From: the human T2T-CHM13v2.0 reference genome, Homo sapiens
Assembly (NCBI GenBank): GCA_009914755.4
Contig: CP086569.2
Coordinates: forward strand, 27,424,001 to 27,488,000
Direction: 5' to 3'
DNA: 64,000 nucleotides
This document shows positions 1 through 14,031 of this stretch, piece after piece. The stretch's first letter is position 1, and every line of letters begins with the position of its first letter. The position numbers and the translations under genes were made by a program. Below the pieces are notes generated by a model. The model searched no databases. It saw nothing but the letters and a program-made list of their open reading frames with translations, and was not told where the DNA came from.

Positions 1-1379
1 TAAATATGTTTCCATGTATTGAATTTCAGTTAATTACAGCATTTCTAACATTTTTATTACTGTAAAATAAGGTTCTTCATACACTAGTGACATAGTATTG
101 TTTGGAACCTCATAAACGCTATGAAGACTACATATGTGGTGGCATTTATAAAAAGTGTGGAAAGAGACTCATGTGTAGAGATTTTTTTAAATCGTACTTT
201 TTTTCTTCTAGCAATGCTTTATTTCATTTTTTATTGGTACGTATTTTGGGGTTCACATGATATTTTGATACATGCATAGAATGTGAAATAATCAGGTCAG
301 GGTATTTAGGATCTCCATCAGCTTGAACATTTATCATGTATTTGTGTTGGCAATATTTCGAATATTTTCTTCTAGCCATTTTGACGTATACAATGTCTTG
401 TTAACTATAGTCACCCTACTGCATTATCAACTAGCAATGAGCATTGAACCGGTATTTCTCAAACTTTTAAATAGCATGATTCCCTCTTTAAAAAAAACCC
501 ACTTTACTGAAATATGACTGGCATACAAAAAGTCACCAATATTTTATGTATACAACTTGATGTGCTTGGAGTTAAGTATACACCTGTGAAAACATCAAAC
601 CATCAATCATCAATGCCATGAACTTAGCCACCACTCCCAGAACTTTTCTTCCACCCCTTTTGTTTTGTTTTGTTCCCTTTTGTGGAAAAAGTGCTTAACA
701 TAAGATAGACCTCTTAGCAAATGCTTAAGTATACCATATTGGATTGTCAATCATAGGCCCTGTATTGTACAGTAGATCTCCAGCATGATTCCTTTTGTTT
801 AACATAAAAATGTACCCTGATGTAGTCTGAAACATGAAAATGACAGTTTTTTCTAAGTATAAAATTGTTATATTAAACACGGACTTTAAAACTAACTTGC
901 CTGCACCCCCCCAACTTCTGCCTGCTTCATCACATGCAGAGGAGAGTGTGCTAAGCCTGAGCTTGGGGATATTAACCTCAACGGAGACAGAATCCAGGGA
1001 AACCAACACAGGGAGCAGAAAGCAGGGTGTGGCCCTAGGCAGGTGCACAGGTTTAAGGGCCTATGGCAATAATTTGAAAAATTACAGCAGTGATAATATG
1101 TGCCATCCCATAGAGAAATGGTACCAGGTGCTGTTCTTTTATATGTTTAGCCACTTCCTGTGGAGCACTATTATCACACCCACATTGCAGATGAGAACAC
1201 GGAGGCAGAGAAAGGTGAAGTAATTGTCTAAAGTCTCACAGCTAACAAGCAGCAGAGTCAGGAGTGGCTGTGGGATCCACACTCTTGACCATCTGCAGTA
1301 TGCTCCCAGCAGGCTTTTGGGTGCACTGTCTCAAGTAGGGAAACTGGGCAGCTGTGATTATCCTGTTTAAACCCCAAAC

Positions 1380-1500
1380 CCACTCTGTGAAGTAGACACT
1401 ATCATTATCTCCACTATATGGATGAGGAAACTGAGGCTCAGAAAGGTTACCTGACTTGCCCCAATCACAAAGTTGGCTGGGACTCAGGCTTACTTTTATG
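1380..1500 (+). mobile_element. MIR (ancient SINE) remnant.
   Basis: Core-like sequence gaggaaactgaggctcagaaaggttacctgacttgccccaatcacaaag, compared with the MIR core gaggaaactgaggctcagagaggttaagtgacttgcccaaggtcacacag. Confidence 0.6.
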
Positions 1501-2906
1501 CTGCATCAAGCCCTTTCCGTTTCACTAAACTACTTTACACCAAACCAAGTAATCACAGATGCAGGACTGGGTCTTAGTACCAGTGCAGGGGCCAAATCTA
1601 CAGGGTGTTTATTAGCTTAACAAATGGAGTGATAAGCTCTAACACAATATACACGTTGAATAATATCTGTATTCCCATGACCTTATGTGAAAATATTTAG
1701 AGTACAAGTACAAGTGCTTGTGCTCTACTTCACAGTGTGAAATTTATGTGGATTACAATCCATTAGTTCTAGAATCTAGGAAATTAAGATCTCACCCCAT
1801 CATCTGTTCAGAGATCTTCATTTTCATGTGAGGAATAGAAACATTCACCAGCATGAGGTTCTGGTCTAATGTTGGTAGAGAAACACCAGCCAGCATCAAG
1901 CACACTGTTTCATCCAGCTGTCTGTTTTGTTTTGTAGCAAGAGTTCCTCAATGAGTGAAGCAGTATGATTTACACCCCAGTGCACAAGCCCCTTCCTTCA
2001 CTACAGACTGACGATAGACAGTTCCTTGACCAGCTGCTTTGAGGAGCCCCATTCTAAACTATGAAGCCAGCTAACCACAGATTTAAGGAGAAATAAAACA
2101 CATACCTCTCTCTGTAGACTGAAGAGTGCAGTCCAAGGCACAGCATCCTGCCAGTGCTGTGTGCACACTGTTTCATCCTCCTCTATTACCTCCAGAAAGC
2201 ACGGGATACTGTTGTCTGTTGTATCACATTTTATTTGTAAAAAGCAGTACTTCTCATAGCTCATGACTTTCTGTTTCAGAACAACTTTGAAAACCATAGT
2301 CAGGACATTGACTTCCTTCAAGACTGCCTACTGATTCGTCCAGAAGACAGAGATCTACTGGGGTAGTCCAGGACTGACTGTAAAGAGGCTCAGGTAAGGC
2401 AGAGGTTATTGGCAGTCAAAGGGGCTGCGGAAAGCTGAAAATGAAAAGGAGAGGAAGCAGAGGGATGATAAGACCCAAAACCTCTGATGGGATCAGGGTC
2501 TGTAGGAAGAGAGAAATGAAGCTGGGGAGAATCCAGCTCAGGGTAGGTGCCAGTAGAAGGCCTGGTCGTACGGCCTCCAACAGGTTGCAGTGGAGCAGAC
2601 TGTGTGGAGCTCAATGAGCTCCCTGAAAGAGCAATGCCACAGTAGGGTGCAGAAGAGGGGTTCTGGGGAGGTCCTGTGGGACAAGACGCCAACTGTGGGA
2701 TACAGTCAGCACAACTGCCAGGCACAGGGCCTTGGCTGAATTGAGATGCATCAAACTGTCTGGGAGGAGCAGCAAAACCAAAACTAGCTATCTGACAATA
2801 TGAGGCAAAAGGCAAGGAAGCAGGACTGTGAGAGCGGGCAGCCGGGGGAAGAGAGGAACCAAAGGCTGGAGCAGAAACACAAAAAAAGTTAGAAGTAGAT
2901 GTTTCC

Positions 2907-3186
2907 GGTCAGGCGCGGTGGCTGACGCCTGTAATCCCAGCACTTTGGGAGGCCGAGGCGGGCGGATCACGAGGTCAGGAGATCGAGACCATCCTGGCTA
3001 ACACGGTGAAACCCCATCTCTACAAAAAATACAAAAAATTAGCCGGGCGTGGTGGCGGGTGCCTGCAGTCCCAGCTACTCAGGAGGCTGAGGCAGGAGAA
3101 TGGCATGAACCCGGGAGGCGGAGCTTGCAGTGAGCCGAGATCGCACCACTGTACTGAAGCATGGGTGACAGAGTGAGACTCCGTCT

Positions 3187-3218
<32 letters not shown>
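2907..3218 (+). mobile_element. Full-length young Alu (AluY-like) with a 32-nt pure poly(A), flanked by a perfect 16-bp TSD (agaagtagatgtttcc at 2891..2906 and 3219..3234).
   Basis: Sequence ggtcaggcgcggtggctgacgcctgtaatcccagcactttgggaggccgaggcgggcggatcacgaggtcaggagatcgagaccatcctggctaacacggtgaaacc... carries the AluY-diagnostic 'ggatcacgaggtcaggagatcgagaccatcc'. The poly(A) is uninterrupted and the TSDs are perfect. Confidence 0.93.
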
Positions 3219-3221
<3 letters not shown>

Positions 3222-3643
3222 AGTAGATGTTTCCAGTGGACTTTCTTAACTTTCTTATATAGTGGTTCAGTTGCTGTTGGTTTACATGACTCTGTCCAAT
3301 TTAAATCCAATAGCTTTTCCACACCTCCACGTTCCAAAGTTGATGTGAAAGCTGGTAGTACACCTAAGCCATCCTCTTCAAAATCTTCAGAAATTTCTGT
3401 CTTAGATAATTTCATTTTTCTTTTAGCCCTAAGTTTTGGTTTGGATGAAGGTAATTCTTGCCACTCAGAGGACACTAAAAGAGGCTGCCCAGAAGAGAGA
3501 ATTATTAACATAAGAGGAAAACACAGAATAAAAAGAACAATCAAGCAAACATTCTTCCTAGCACTTGACTTCCCACCCATCAGGCAGTTGCTCATCCAGA
3601 ATCATAATCATCAATGTGAGCTGGGATGTTGAAAATAACACCA

Positions 3644-3950
3644 GTGCTGGGTGCGGCAACTCACGCCTATAATCCCAGCACTTTGGGAGGCCAAAGAGGA
3701 AGGATCGCTTGAGGCTAGGAGTTTGAGAGCAGCTTGGGCGACACACTGAGACTCCATCTCTACAAAAAATAAAAAATTAGCCAGGTGTAGTGGCTCACGC
3801 CTATAGTCCCAGCCACCTGGCAGGCTGAGGCAGGAGGAGTGCTTGAGTCTGGGAAGCTGAGGCAGCTATGAGTGCAGATTTGCACTACTGCTCTCCAGCC
3901 TGGGCGAGAGGGCAATACTCTGTCTAAAAAAAGAAAAAAAGGAAAGAAAA
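3644..3950 (+). mobile_element. Alu element, an older subfamily, with an A-rich tail.
   Basis: Sequence ccagtgctgggtgcggcaactcacgcctataatcccagcactttgggaggcc ... ctccagcctgggcgagagggcaatactctgtctaaaaaaagaaaaaaa. Confidence 0.9.
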
Positions 3951-4089
3951 TAACGCCACCAGAGACATTCAAGATCATTTCAGTACAAGGCCCTTTTTTT
4001 CTAGACATGGAAACTGAGACCTGGAGAGAATATCAGCAATCAATAGATTGAAAGAACTTCTCTCTTAGTTCTTAGAATTGTGGAAATTT

Positions 4090-4165
4090 AAACACCCCTC
4101 ATTTTACACATGAGGGAACTGAGGAGCACAGAAGTGACTTGCCCAAGATTTTACAATGAGCAGTA
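4090..4165 (+). mobile_element. MIR-like remnant.
   Basis: Sequence catgagggaactgaggagcacagaagtgacttgcccaagattttacaatgag resembles the MIR core. Confidence 0.4.
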
Positions 4166-4282
4166 TCACTGGGTGTATGTTAGGCCTAACATTAGATAGT
4201 CATTTGAAGTAAATTATTCTACTCTTTTATATTGCTTTACAGCAATATTAAGAAAATGGAAAAACAGTCTCAAAAGCTTTAT

Positions 4283-4592
4283 TTAGTTTTTTACTTATTT
4301 ATTTTTTGAGACAGGGTCTTGCTCTGTTGTCTGAGGCTGGAGTACCATGGTACAATCACAACTCACTATAGCCTCAAACTCCTGGGCTCAAGCGATCCTC
4401 TCACCTCAGCCTCCCCAGTAGCTGGGACTATGAGCATGTGCCACCACACCCAGCTTATTTTTAAATTATTCTTTTGTAGAGATATGATCTCGCTGTGTTG
4501 ACCAGGCTGATTTTGAACTCCTGGGCTCAAGTGATCCTCTCAGCTCGGCCTCTCAAAGTGCTAGGATTACATGTGTGAGACTCTGTCCAGCC
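4283..4592 (-). mobile_element. Alu element in reverse orientation.
   Basis: Sequence ttttttgagacagggtcttgctctgttgtctgaggctggagtaccatggtacaatcac ... cctctcaaagtgctaggattacatgtgtgagac. Confidence 0.9.
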
Positions 4593-4849
4593 AAAAGCTT
4601 TAAGGTAATTAAATGAACATATAGTTATAGAAGAATATGAATAATATGCATGCAAAACAAATTTTGAGGGATGCTATATTACTATTACTGTTTCAATCTA
4701 AATGGAAATAGTGTTCCTCAAAAAGTTGGCTGTATCAAATCCAGTTTTAGATGGATGACAAGTCCTTGATATTTTTGAAATAGTTAGCCTGTAATTTTAC
4801 CTGTGAATATGAACTATTTAAAAGAGGAGTAGTCCATTCCCAACTCAGT

Positions 4850-5685
4850 CAAATTTTAAGTATATTCCTGAATAATTAATATTATACAATATATGAAAAG
4901 ACAGATTTAAAAATAATGCTTACTTATCTGGTTAAATTTTTAAAAATCAGAGAAGCAAACTGGAAAAGACTAATAGTGATGGACTAGACCTATCAGATAT
5001 TAAAGTCTTTTATAAAATTACAATAATTATAGTAGATGAATCAAGGAACAGAGTAGATTAAGTCCAGCAATAGCTCCTAAAACGTGAGAACTACTAGATT
5101 ATGAAGGTGGCATTTCAAGTCAATAGGAGGAAAAGGAATAGCCATCTGGAAAAGAAAAATATTGGTTCCATATCTCTCATCTTGTGCCAGGATAAATTTC
5201 AATCAGATGAAAAATTGATGTAAACATGAAAACATAAAACTATTTAAAGTAATAAAGGGAAAAATTTTTAAGTGTAATCTCTGACTAGGAAAGGTATTTC
5301 TAAGCATGATGAAAAACAAAACAACACTAAACAAAAAAAAAGAAACACAAAGATTAAAAATTTGACTGCATTAAAAAATCTGCATTACAAAAAGATAATA
5401 AACAACATCAAAATAACATGTGGAATACTGGTAAATAAATTTTCACAACTCATATCACAAAGGGCCAATTTCCCTAACATAAAAAGTTTTCATAAGATAA
5501 ACAAGAAAACGACTAAAATCTCAATAAAAAAGATAAAAGACATGAACAGATAACACACAGGAAGTGATGCATAGGGCTGTAAGAATATAAAACGTGCTCC
5601 TCTTCATTCATAAAGAAACAAAAATATAAATGTCACCAATATATTTTTCACCTGTAAGATTTGCAAAGATCAAAAATTTGATTAA

Positions 5686-5686
<1 letters not shown>
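4850..5686 (+). mobile_element. Ancient L1 fragment from the ORF2-region of an old L1M/L1P-type element. It is AT-rich and heavily diverged.
   Basis: Collinear, diverged similarity to the L1 ORF2 3' portion (...gacatgaacagat / acacaggaagtgatgcatagg / cataaagaaacaaaaatataaatg...). It is truncated by the Alu fragments at 5686. Confidence 0.5.
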
Positions 5687-6039
<353 letters not shown>

Positions 6040-7202
6040 TCATTATGATTCTTCTATTTGCCAAAATCACCCATTTGCTTCCTCTTTCCCTTGAAATTCA
6101 CAATTGCTTATTTTGCTTAACCACACACTCACACCTTGATCATCTAAGGTGTGGCCCCCAATCTTTTTGGCAGCAGGGACTGGTTTCATGGAAGGCAATT
6201 TTTCCATGGACGGGGTGGGGCAGATGGTTTTGGGATGAAACTATTCCACCTCAGATCATCAGGCATTAGATTCTCAGAAAGGGCACCTAGATCCCTCCAT
6301 GGGCTGTTCACAACAGGGTTCGGGGCTCCCATGAGAATCTACTGCCACTGCTGATGTGACAGGAGGTGAGCTCAGGCAGTAATGCTCGCTCACTGCCCCC
6401 CCACCTTCTGTTGCGCAGCCTGGTTCCTGACAGGTCAGGGACTGCAGGTTGGGGACCCCTGATTTAAGGAACAGCATGGGCTCTGGACCCCTAGCTTCAG
6501 TGCCCTCAATTTCTTGCTAAGAGTTATAGCATTGAATTTTTCAAATGATTTACTTTAAAAACTTGGATTAGGAGGTATGTTTTAAAAATGTCTCCCTCTG
6601 GCTTGTTCTCAGTGTGCTTTCATGAGCGGGAGGGAACGAAGTGGACTTGGGGTTGGTGCAGAAGACACTGCGCCTAAGCCCTGGTGTGGCTTTAGGGGGG
6701 CGAGAGCACCCAGCACTGAGCGCTGTCCTTCCTGAGCGCGTCCCAGCAGAAAAGGTGTTGCACTCCCTGGACGGTCTCATTTCACAATGAAGATGTATCA
6801 AATAAGGAAATGCCTCAAGCTTCAGTGAGTCGGGAAGGACCAAACAGATCCAGATGTCTGGGCTCTATTGCAGCTGGCTTGTTACTGAATTCAGTGGAAT
6901 AACTCCATGCAGAATGTGGCAGGTGCCACATTTTGGTAAAACAGATACCGAGGGAGAGTAACAGAGGCTTGACATTTTTGATAAATTACATGGCCCATTA
7001 AAAAAATTTATTGCAGCTAACATAAATATAAACTTTCAAGTCATCAAACTAATGGATAATATTTTTCATCTGATATTTTTGGATCTGGAAGTATTCAGAT
7101 CCAAAGTATTTGCAAATTTAGTATGAAATAATTCATCACCACGCTGTATTAAAACCTAAATTAATTTATAACTAATTTTGAAAATAACTTCAAACATCTC
7201 TA

Positions 7203-7406
<204 letters not shown>

Positions 7407-7962
7407 TTAGAAAATACAAGTAGACACAAGTAGACAGCCACAAAGAAGAACATAAAAGCCATACAGAATGTTTTATCTGATCTCTGGCATATATCCCTCC
7501 AGAGCTTTTCTCTGAACAAAGTACTTACGTGTGTGGCAGAGTGTAGGGGCGTATCTCTTATTTTGTTAATTTAATTTTCATTGTGGGAATAATGTATACA
7601 ACAATGTTTGCTATTGTAGTCATTTCAGAGGTTAGTGGCATGAAGCACACTCACACTGTTGTGCAACCATGACCATCTCCAGTTTCAGAGCTTCTTCTGG
7701 GTGTGCGTTTTTGAAACACATAAAAGATAAGTATACATTTTCCAGGGCCCATTTTAACAGTGAGTCTCTCTTGTTTCAAGGACAGTCGATTCTTAATTGT
7801 ACATCAGAATTTTTTTTTTCCAAAACAATGAACTTCCTACTCCTCCTGACTCCCCAAACTATTTGTTTGTGTTTGCTTAAAGTATTATTTTTCTTTCATG
7901 GGCAATCCATGCCAATGGTTCAAAATTCAAAATATACAAAAGGGTGCACTGTAAGAAAGTAA

Positions 7963-8262
7963 GGCCAGGGGCGGTGGCTCATGCCTGAAATCTGAGCACT
8001 TTGGAAGGCCAAGGCAGGTGGATCACTTGAGGTCAGGAGTTCGAGACTAGCCTGGCCAACATGGTGAAACCCTGTCTCTACTAAAAATACAAAAATTAGC
8101 TGGGTGTGGTGGCACACAAGTGTAATCTCAGCTAATCAGGAGACAGAGGCATGAGAATCACTTGAACCCAGGAGGCAGAGGTGGCAGTGAGTCGACATCA
8201 TGCCACTGCCCTCCAGCCTGGGTGACAGAGTGAGACTCCATCTCAAAAAAAAAAAAAAAAAG
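7963..8262 (+). mobile_element. Full-length Alu with poly(A), followed by an A-rich tract to about 8290.
   Basis: Sequence ggccaggggcggtggctcatgcctgaaatctgagcactttggaaggccaaggcaggtggatcacttgaggtcaggagttcgagactagcctggccaacatggtgaaaccc ... ctccagcctgggtgacagagtgagactccatctcaaaaaaaaaaaaaaaa. Confidence 0.92.
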
Positions 8263-8726
8263 TTAAGATTTAAAAAAAAGAAGAAAAAGCAAGTATCCCT
8301 CCAAACCCAAGACCACTTGTCAGCTTTCTGCCCCATCTGTTTGGGCAACAGTGTCTGTTTCAGACACCTTTGTGAATTAATAACTACAGCTAATATTTAT
8401 CAAATATCCACAAGCTAGACATGTTATAATGGTCTCAGAACTCTTTACAATCACCTGAGGTGGATTTTTCTGCTCTCCCCACTCGGGCATTAGGACTGGG
8501 GCACTGGGAAGGTCAAGTCCAACAGAGCGAAGTGCGGGCTGGGGTTCAGACCTGAGCACTCAGCCACAGCACCTGTGATCTTAACCACTGTATTTACTGA
8601 CTTTCAGTCATCTACCTTTTATGATATTTGCCAACCTGACAGAGTTAAATAATAAAAAGGAATCTCATGACAGTTTTTATATTTTAAATTCTTTTAGTAA
8701 CAAGGTTGCACATCTTTCGTATGTTA

Positions 8727-9021
8727 TTTTCTTATTTATGATCAAATCCTCACTCTGTTACCCAGGCTGGAGTGTAGGGGTGCCATTTTGGCTCACTGCA
8801 ACCTCTGCCTCCTGGGTTCAAGCATCTTCCTGCCACAGCCTCTTGAGTAGCTGGGATTGCAGGCATGCACCACCATGCCCAGCTAATTTTTGTACTTTTT
8901 TTTGGAGAGATGGGGTTTCAGCATTTTCCCCAGGCTGGTCTTGAACTTCTGGGCTCAAGCAATCTGCTTCTTCGGCCTCCCAAAGTGCTGGGATTACAAG
9001 CATGAGCCACTGCACCCAGCC
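8727..9021 (-). mobile_element. Full-length Alu in reverse orientation.
   Basis: Sequence ctcactctgttacccaggctggagtgtaggggtgccattttggctcactgcaacctctgcctcctgggttcaagc ... cctcccaaagtgctgggattacaagcatgagccactgcacccagcc. Confidence 0.92.
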
Positions 9022-9152
9022 TAAAAAACTTTTTGTAGAGATGAGTTCTCACTTTGTTGCCCAGGCTGGTCTCAAACTCCTGGGTTGAGGTGATTTTTCC
9101 CACCTCAGCTTCCCAAAGTGCTTCGATTACAGTAATGAACCATGGTGCCCAG
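9022..9152 (-). mobile_element. Alu left-arm fragment in reverse orientation, immediately adjacent to the previous Alu.
   Basis: Sequence ctttttgtagagatgagttctcactttgttgcccaggctggtctcaaactcctgggttgaggtgatttttcccacctcagcttcccaaagtgcttcgattacagtaatgaaccatggtgcccag. Confidence 0.85.
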
Positions 9153-12100
9153 TTAGATTTTAAATTCTTACATTTTGGAAATTTTAGTTTTTTAACCTAG
9201 AGACCTAAGAGTGTTATCGGCACTGTTAACAAAACAGTTTCTTTGCTTTTCAATTTGTTTCCAATTTTTATTTAAGCCACATTTTTCCATTTCTATTGTA
9301 TTTCTGGTCATAAGGGCCACAGTCTAAAGCACTATAAACTTTAAGAAATATTGGTGGTGAATTTAGATTATTAGCAGTTCTATTGATCTATTAGATATAG
9401 CACTTCTATTGATAATTTTATGACAAACCTATTACACTACCTAGATGACTTTAGCTTCCTGTATGAAAATCTATTTGCCCATGATAGAAGCACAGCCACA
9501 GGTGTTCTCTTTTTGTACTATACAGCTCCGTTCATACATTGTGAAGTCTCTGTAATGCAACATGATGTAATTCAACATTTTATAAATGCATGAATATTTT
9601 CCATCATCAGGGATACAACAACTTCTTCATATACAGGTAAGAAGGGAGCTATTTTAGCAAAGGGTTCCCTTCATCTTCATGAACAAACAAAGCTCAATAT
9701 CAACTTATTTGGTAATCAGCATTTACTTGGTTCCTGATGGCTCCTTGGTGCTCCCCCTGCCAGCTCATGTAGGGCAGGAAGTCTACATCTTCTTTGGTAA
9801 TAAGTTCAGAAACTTTTGGAATATCAGGAAAAGGTGACTCATTCTCATCCTATATCGAATCACAAATAGATTAAATCAAACAGACATTATCCAATTAAAT
9901 GATAATCACACATTCTAAAGCCTATGGGTGTTGGCTTTTATGCTGGTGTGTGGGACTGGAGCTTGGGCCTTGGGCCACAAGCGTGAGGGAAAGTGGGGAG
10001 GTGGAGTGACTTTCCTCTTTACAGAGCACTGGCAGGTGCTGGCCACTGTGCTGGGCATATTATGTGAATTTTCCCCTTAAACTTATGAAGGGGGAAGGGG
10101 CTCTCAGAGAACCCAGGCCTTTTCTATTTTTTGACGATCTTGGATTAATAAAAGACAATAAATGCCAAAACTGTAACAAAATTATAGGGTATCTGAAAAA
10201 TACACATTAGCTAATTATTAATAATAACTATAACATTAAAAATGATAACATACCCAACTCATTTAGAAAGATCACCATAAGTCCCAACACTGAAACTGCC
10301 CATGAATGGGAGGTTGGGACTCATGGGGCCTACTGGCCTGTCAGCAACCCACGCTTCACAGGCCCAGGGTGTGGGTGTTGTCATTAACCGTCAAAGCAAG
10401 AGTGACTTTCTTAATGTGGAAATATAAATAAAATAATATAACCTTGAATTAACAATAATACATACCCTTTTCTCAACTGCCACAAAGCTTGTAAATTGTA
10501 TTATGAGAGAGTTTTCTTTACTGGGTTTAATAATCAGAGATTTCAAGGTTTGTTTCTTCATCCAGGATAGAATAAAATATAAGTCATGTCCTGTTTTGTT
10601 TATTTCTATTTAGATACTTCAGTAAATCATTTTAAGATTTGTATTTCAGACTAAATATTGAATTGTAGGTCCCATCTAAATAGGTGGCTCAATATTCCCT
10701 TTAAAATGAGATCAACTGACTTAGCCATAGAAAATGTCACTCTTCATTATTCAGCTCCCTGTAGTTCACAGAGAGCTCTCCTGGGCAGTGGGCTTTCTCA
10801 TTCTTTCACAGTCTGTGGCTCCCAATTTAAAGCTGAAGAATTGGAAAGACAGAATGACTTGTTCAGGACAAAAGGGTCTTAAACAAAACATCACAGAGAA
10901 GCTGCCAACCCAGGGGCATCTGAGTAGAATAGGGAGACCACCAGGTGACCATCTGTCACTAGAACTGTCTGTGGGGGTCTCCAGGGCCTGCTGTCACGCT
11001 GGCACCTTCTTGTGGGGATGGCATTGAGGACTAACACTCACAGCGTTGTTGAAGATCTCATCCCTGAGAGAACAGCTGGGCAGTCCCTGTGGCCTGGGTG
11101 AGGGGATCCTCTGCGGAGGCCGTGGTCTGCACAGCATCGGGGAGTCAGGTGGGCTTTGGCAGGTCACTCAGCATTTCGCACTCAGGACTCTCATCAGTAA
11201 GATGGGAATACTAATGCTACCACATGAGAGATCTGAGGTGACGTCCACTACAGGCACTCACTGAGTGCTCTCTGAGCCCTCCTTGGTTTTTTTCTGATAA
11301 ACAAAACATTACAGAATTTTCCAGAAACCACTGACATCCACTCTTTTGTTAATTCATTCAACAAACATTTACCACACACCACACATCCCAGGCACAGTGT
11401 CACAGATACAGTGATGAATGCCCTGACACCACAGTCTCCTTCTCCATGCAGCTGACCTCACTTTCTATTTCCACAGATAAATCAATGTAAGAATGCTTAA
11501 GAACAATGTCTAATAGTTTTTACAATGAAAAGAACAAACCTCACGACTGGTTTCATTTTCATGAAGAATGCCATCTTTGTAATCTCTGATTAGAGCTCGG
11601 GTTGCCAGCTTGTCAATCATCTGTGTTTAAGTAGCAAAGGAAAAAAAAAGATCCACTTGGCTTCTAATAAAAGACTTGCAAAGAAAATCATTTTAAAAAT
11701 GAAGGTATAACCTACATACAGTAAAATGCACTCCTCTTAAATATATAGTTTGATGATCTTAAGGGATGTATACAGTTGCATGACCACTGTTGAAGTGAAG
11801 ACAGAATATTCTCTTTACCTTGAAAGGTTCCTCTGTGTCCCTGTGTAGCTTCCTCCAGCTCTGGCAGCTCCTCATCTGCTTTCTGTCCCTAGAGTTTTGC
11901 TTTTTCTATAAAAGGCCATTTTGCCAATTCATTTTATTTAAAAAAATGAAAACTTCTTTTCTACCATAGGAAGAGCTACCTTGGTGCTGGGATGCCCATC
12001 CATGAACATGATCTGCACTCTGCAGGGTGAGGACGGCACAATGTGCACCACCAGGTGCTTCCTCTCCAACAACTGAGAGATGGAACTCTCCTTCATTCCA

Positions 12101-14017
12101 ACCCTTGTAATTTTGTCATTGATAGGGGTGTTTCTCACAGAGGAAGTACAACTTGCTGTGACTTCATGGAAAATTACCTGTTCCCAGGTAAAATTATTTT
12201 ACCTTCTTTCCCCCTTAGATCTAATTTTAAAAGTACACTTTTAATTTATTCTCCCTTATCAGTACCCATAAAGATCTATTTTTTAAAGCAATATTGAGCT
12301 TAAGTTCTATACATAAGTCACTGGCAACTAATAAGTCAATATACTGATATAGTGATGAAAAGTAAGCTACACATTTTTGAGAAAAAAACCAGCAATGTCT
12401 GGGAAATGGTTTACCTGGTTATACTAATACTCCTTTGAATAAAAAAACTACATAAATGGCATATATAGGCTAAACTATAGTGGATTCAGTACCAGTCCAA
12501 ATGTTGCTTCTTGGTAATAATTTGCAATATTGTGATATACAAAAAGGTAAAAATAGGCCACCCCGAAAGAGACTTATTTGGCATATTTTGAGATGCTTTC
12601 AGAGGGACAGCAGACACAGGAATAGCTCTGAAAAGCAGTCCATTTGTAGGGAATATTTGCATCTGCAGAGGAATCTTATGTCAGTGAAGTAAACAGCAGG
12701 TGCAAATAGGCTTTCTCTGAGACCCCCTTATCTGCCTTATCCAGATTTAGGAAAGATGAACTCCCAGGAAGAGGAGGCTAAAGTCTGATATTTAAAGAGA
12801 TGATAGAGAAACTGTTACCAGAAGTGCTTCTATTCTCTCAGGTCTGCTGCCTGCCAGACTTCATCTGCATCAGAAGAAAGCCTTTGCTCACCACATGTTT
12901 CCTCCCCTCACCCTCCCACAACCTGTCCCCACTTCCCCCCAGGAGCCTGACAATCTACCCACCTCTGTATGGTATGAAACTTCACTCATCTGGCCCTTCT
13001 TTGAGTCTCATGTGGCCCCTGCACACGTAACGACATCTGCATGTCGTTTGCCCTGTTCATCTATTGTTGGATTATTTTATAGACCAAAGGTGGAAACTTC
13101 AGAGGGAAAGTTTGAACTTCCCTACAGACATAAGAAATGTATGTATTTGTTATTCCTAACAGGACACTTCAACCACACCTGAGTTTATGTTAATGAGGTG
13201 ACTTTTAGAAAGTCCCATGGTGAGGGCTGGTAGCAGGGGAGCCAACCATATGATTAGAGGGCTGGAACTTTCTGCCCCACTCCCCAATCTCCAGGGAGGG
13301 GAGAGTAAATCACCAACAGCCAATGATTTAATCAACCAGGACTTTGTAATGAAACCTGCATTAAAAACCCCATCTAAAGGGGTTGAGGGAGCTTCTGGGT
13401 CAGCATTCATGTGCCAGGAGGATGGTGCACCCCAATTGTATGTTAGACAGAAGCTCCTGTGCTTGGGACTATTCTGGGCCTTACCCTATATACCTCTTCA
13501 TCTGGCTGTTCATTTGTATCCTTTATAATATTCTTTGCAATAAATCAGTAATACTAATTATTAAGTATTAAGTATTAAGTAAAGGTTTCCTGAGTTCTGT
13601 GAGTTGCTACAGGAAATTACTGAACCTGAGAAAGGGTTGTGGGAACACTGTCTTGGAGCTGACCAGAAGTGTGGGTAACCTGGGGACCTGGTACTTGCTA
13701 CTGGTTTCTGGAGTGGGGAGCAGTCTTGTGGGACTGGGCCCTCACCCTGTGAGATCTGTGCCAACCCCAGGCAGCTAATGTCAGAACTGAATTAAATTGT
13801 AGGACATGCAACTGGTGTCAGAGAATTGGTTGGGAAAAACACATATCTGGAAACTAGAAATGGTGTGACTGTGGGGGAAACAGGAATTTTTTCTTTCATA
13901 ATTCATTTGGTTTTAATCAAAACACGGAAAAAACCCACATCCTCAATATACAATATGATCTACTCTTAGTCCAGTACTTTATAACTAATATTTCTAAGTA
14001 GCATCAGTAGACCAGTG

Positions 14018-14031
14018 GGCATGTAACTTTT
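14018..14031. repeat. Target-site duplication (3'-side copy) of the CCNQ retrocopy: ggcatgtaactttt.
   Basis: An identical 14-mer occurs at 15361..15374. In insert orientation it reads AAAAGTTACATGCC, consistent with an L1 endonuclease TT|AAAA-type target. Confidence 0.8.

Noticed and set aside
2390-2970. Pro/Ser-rich minus-strand ORFs and a strong plus-strand donor-like site (cag|gtaagg at about 2387).
   Set aside because: No coherent exon or ORF is supported on either strand. The composition resembles non-coding GC-rich sequence, so this cannot be assigned to a gene from sequence alone.
3020-3595. 191-aa minus-strand ORF.
   Set aside because: It runs through the AluY at 2907..3218 and its flanks. 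Alu-derived poly-Phe/Lys stretches are a chance ORF.
9712-9853. Exon-like minus-strand segment with an acceptor-like tttgtgattcgatatag|GATGAG..., encoding DENESPFPDIPKVSELITKEDVDFLPYMSWQGEHQGAIRNQVNADYQIS*.
   Set aside because: I could not match it to any protein I recognise. It is short, with no upstream exons identifiable, so it may be chance. It is worth a BLASTX but not reportable as a feature.
11560-12140. Short ORFs with splice-site-like flanks: the plus-strand segment ag|GAAGAGCTACC...CTGCAGG|gtgagg at about 11968..12027, and the minus-strand ORF 11938..12138.
   Set aside because: The peptides SYLGAGMPIHEHDLHSA and ...RVQIMFMDGHPSTKV... are not recognisable. The strand signals conflict, so this is treated as noise pending a database search.
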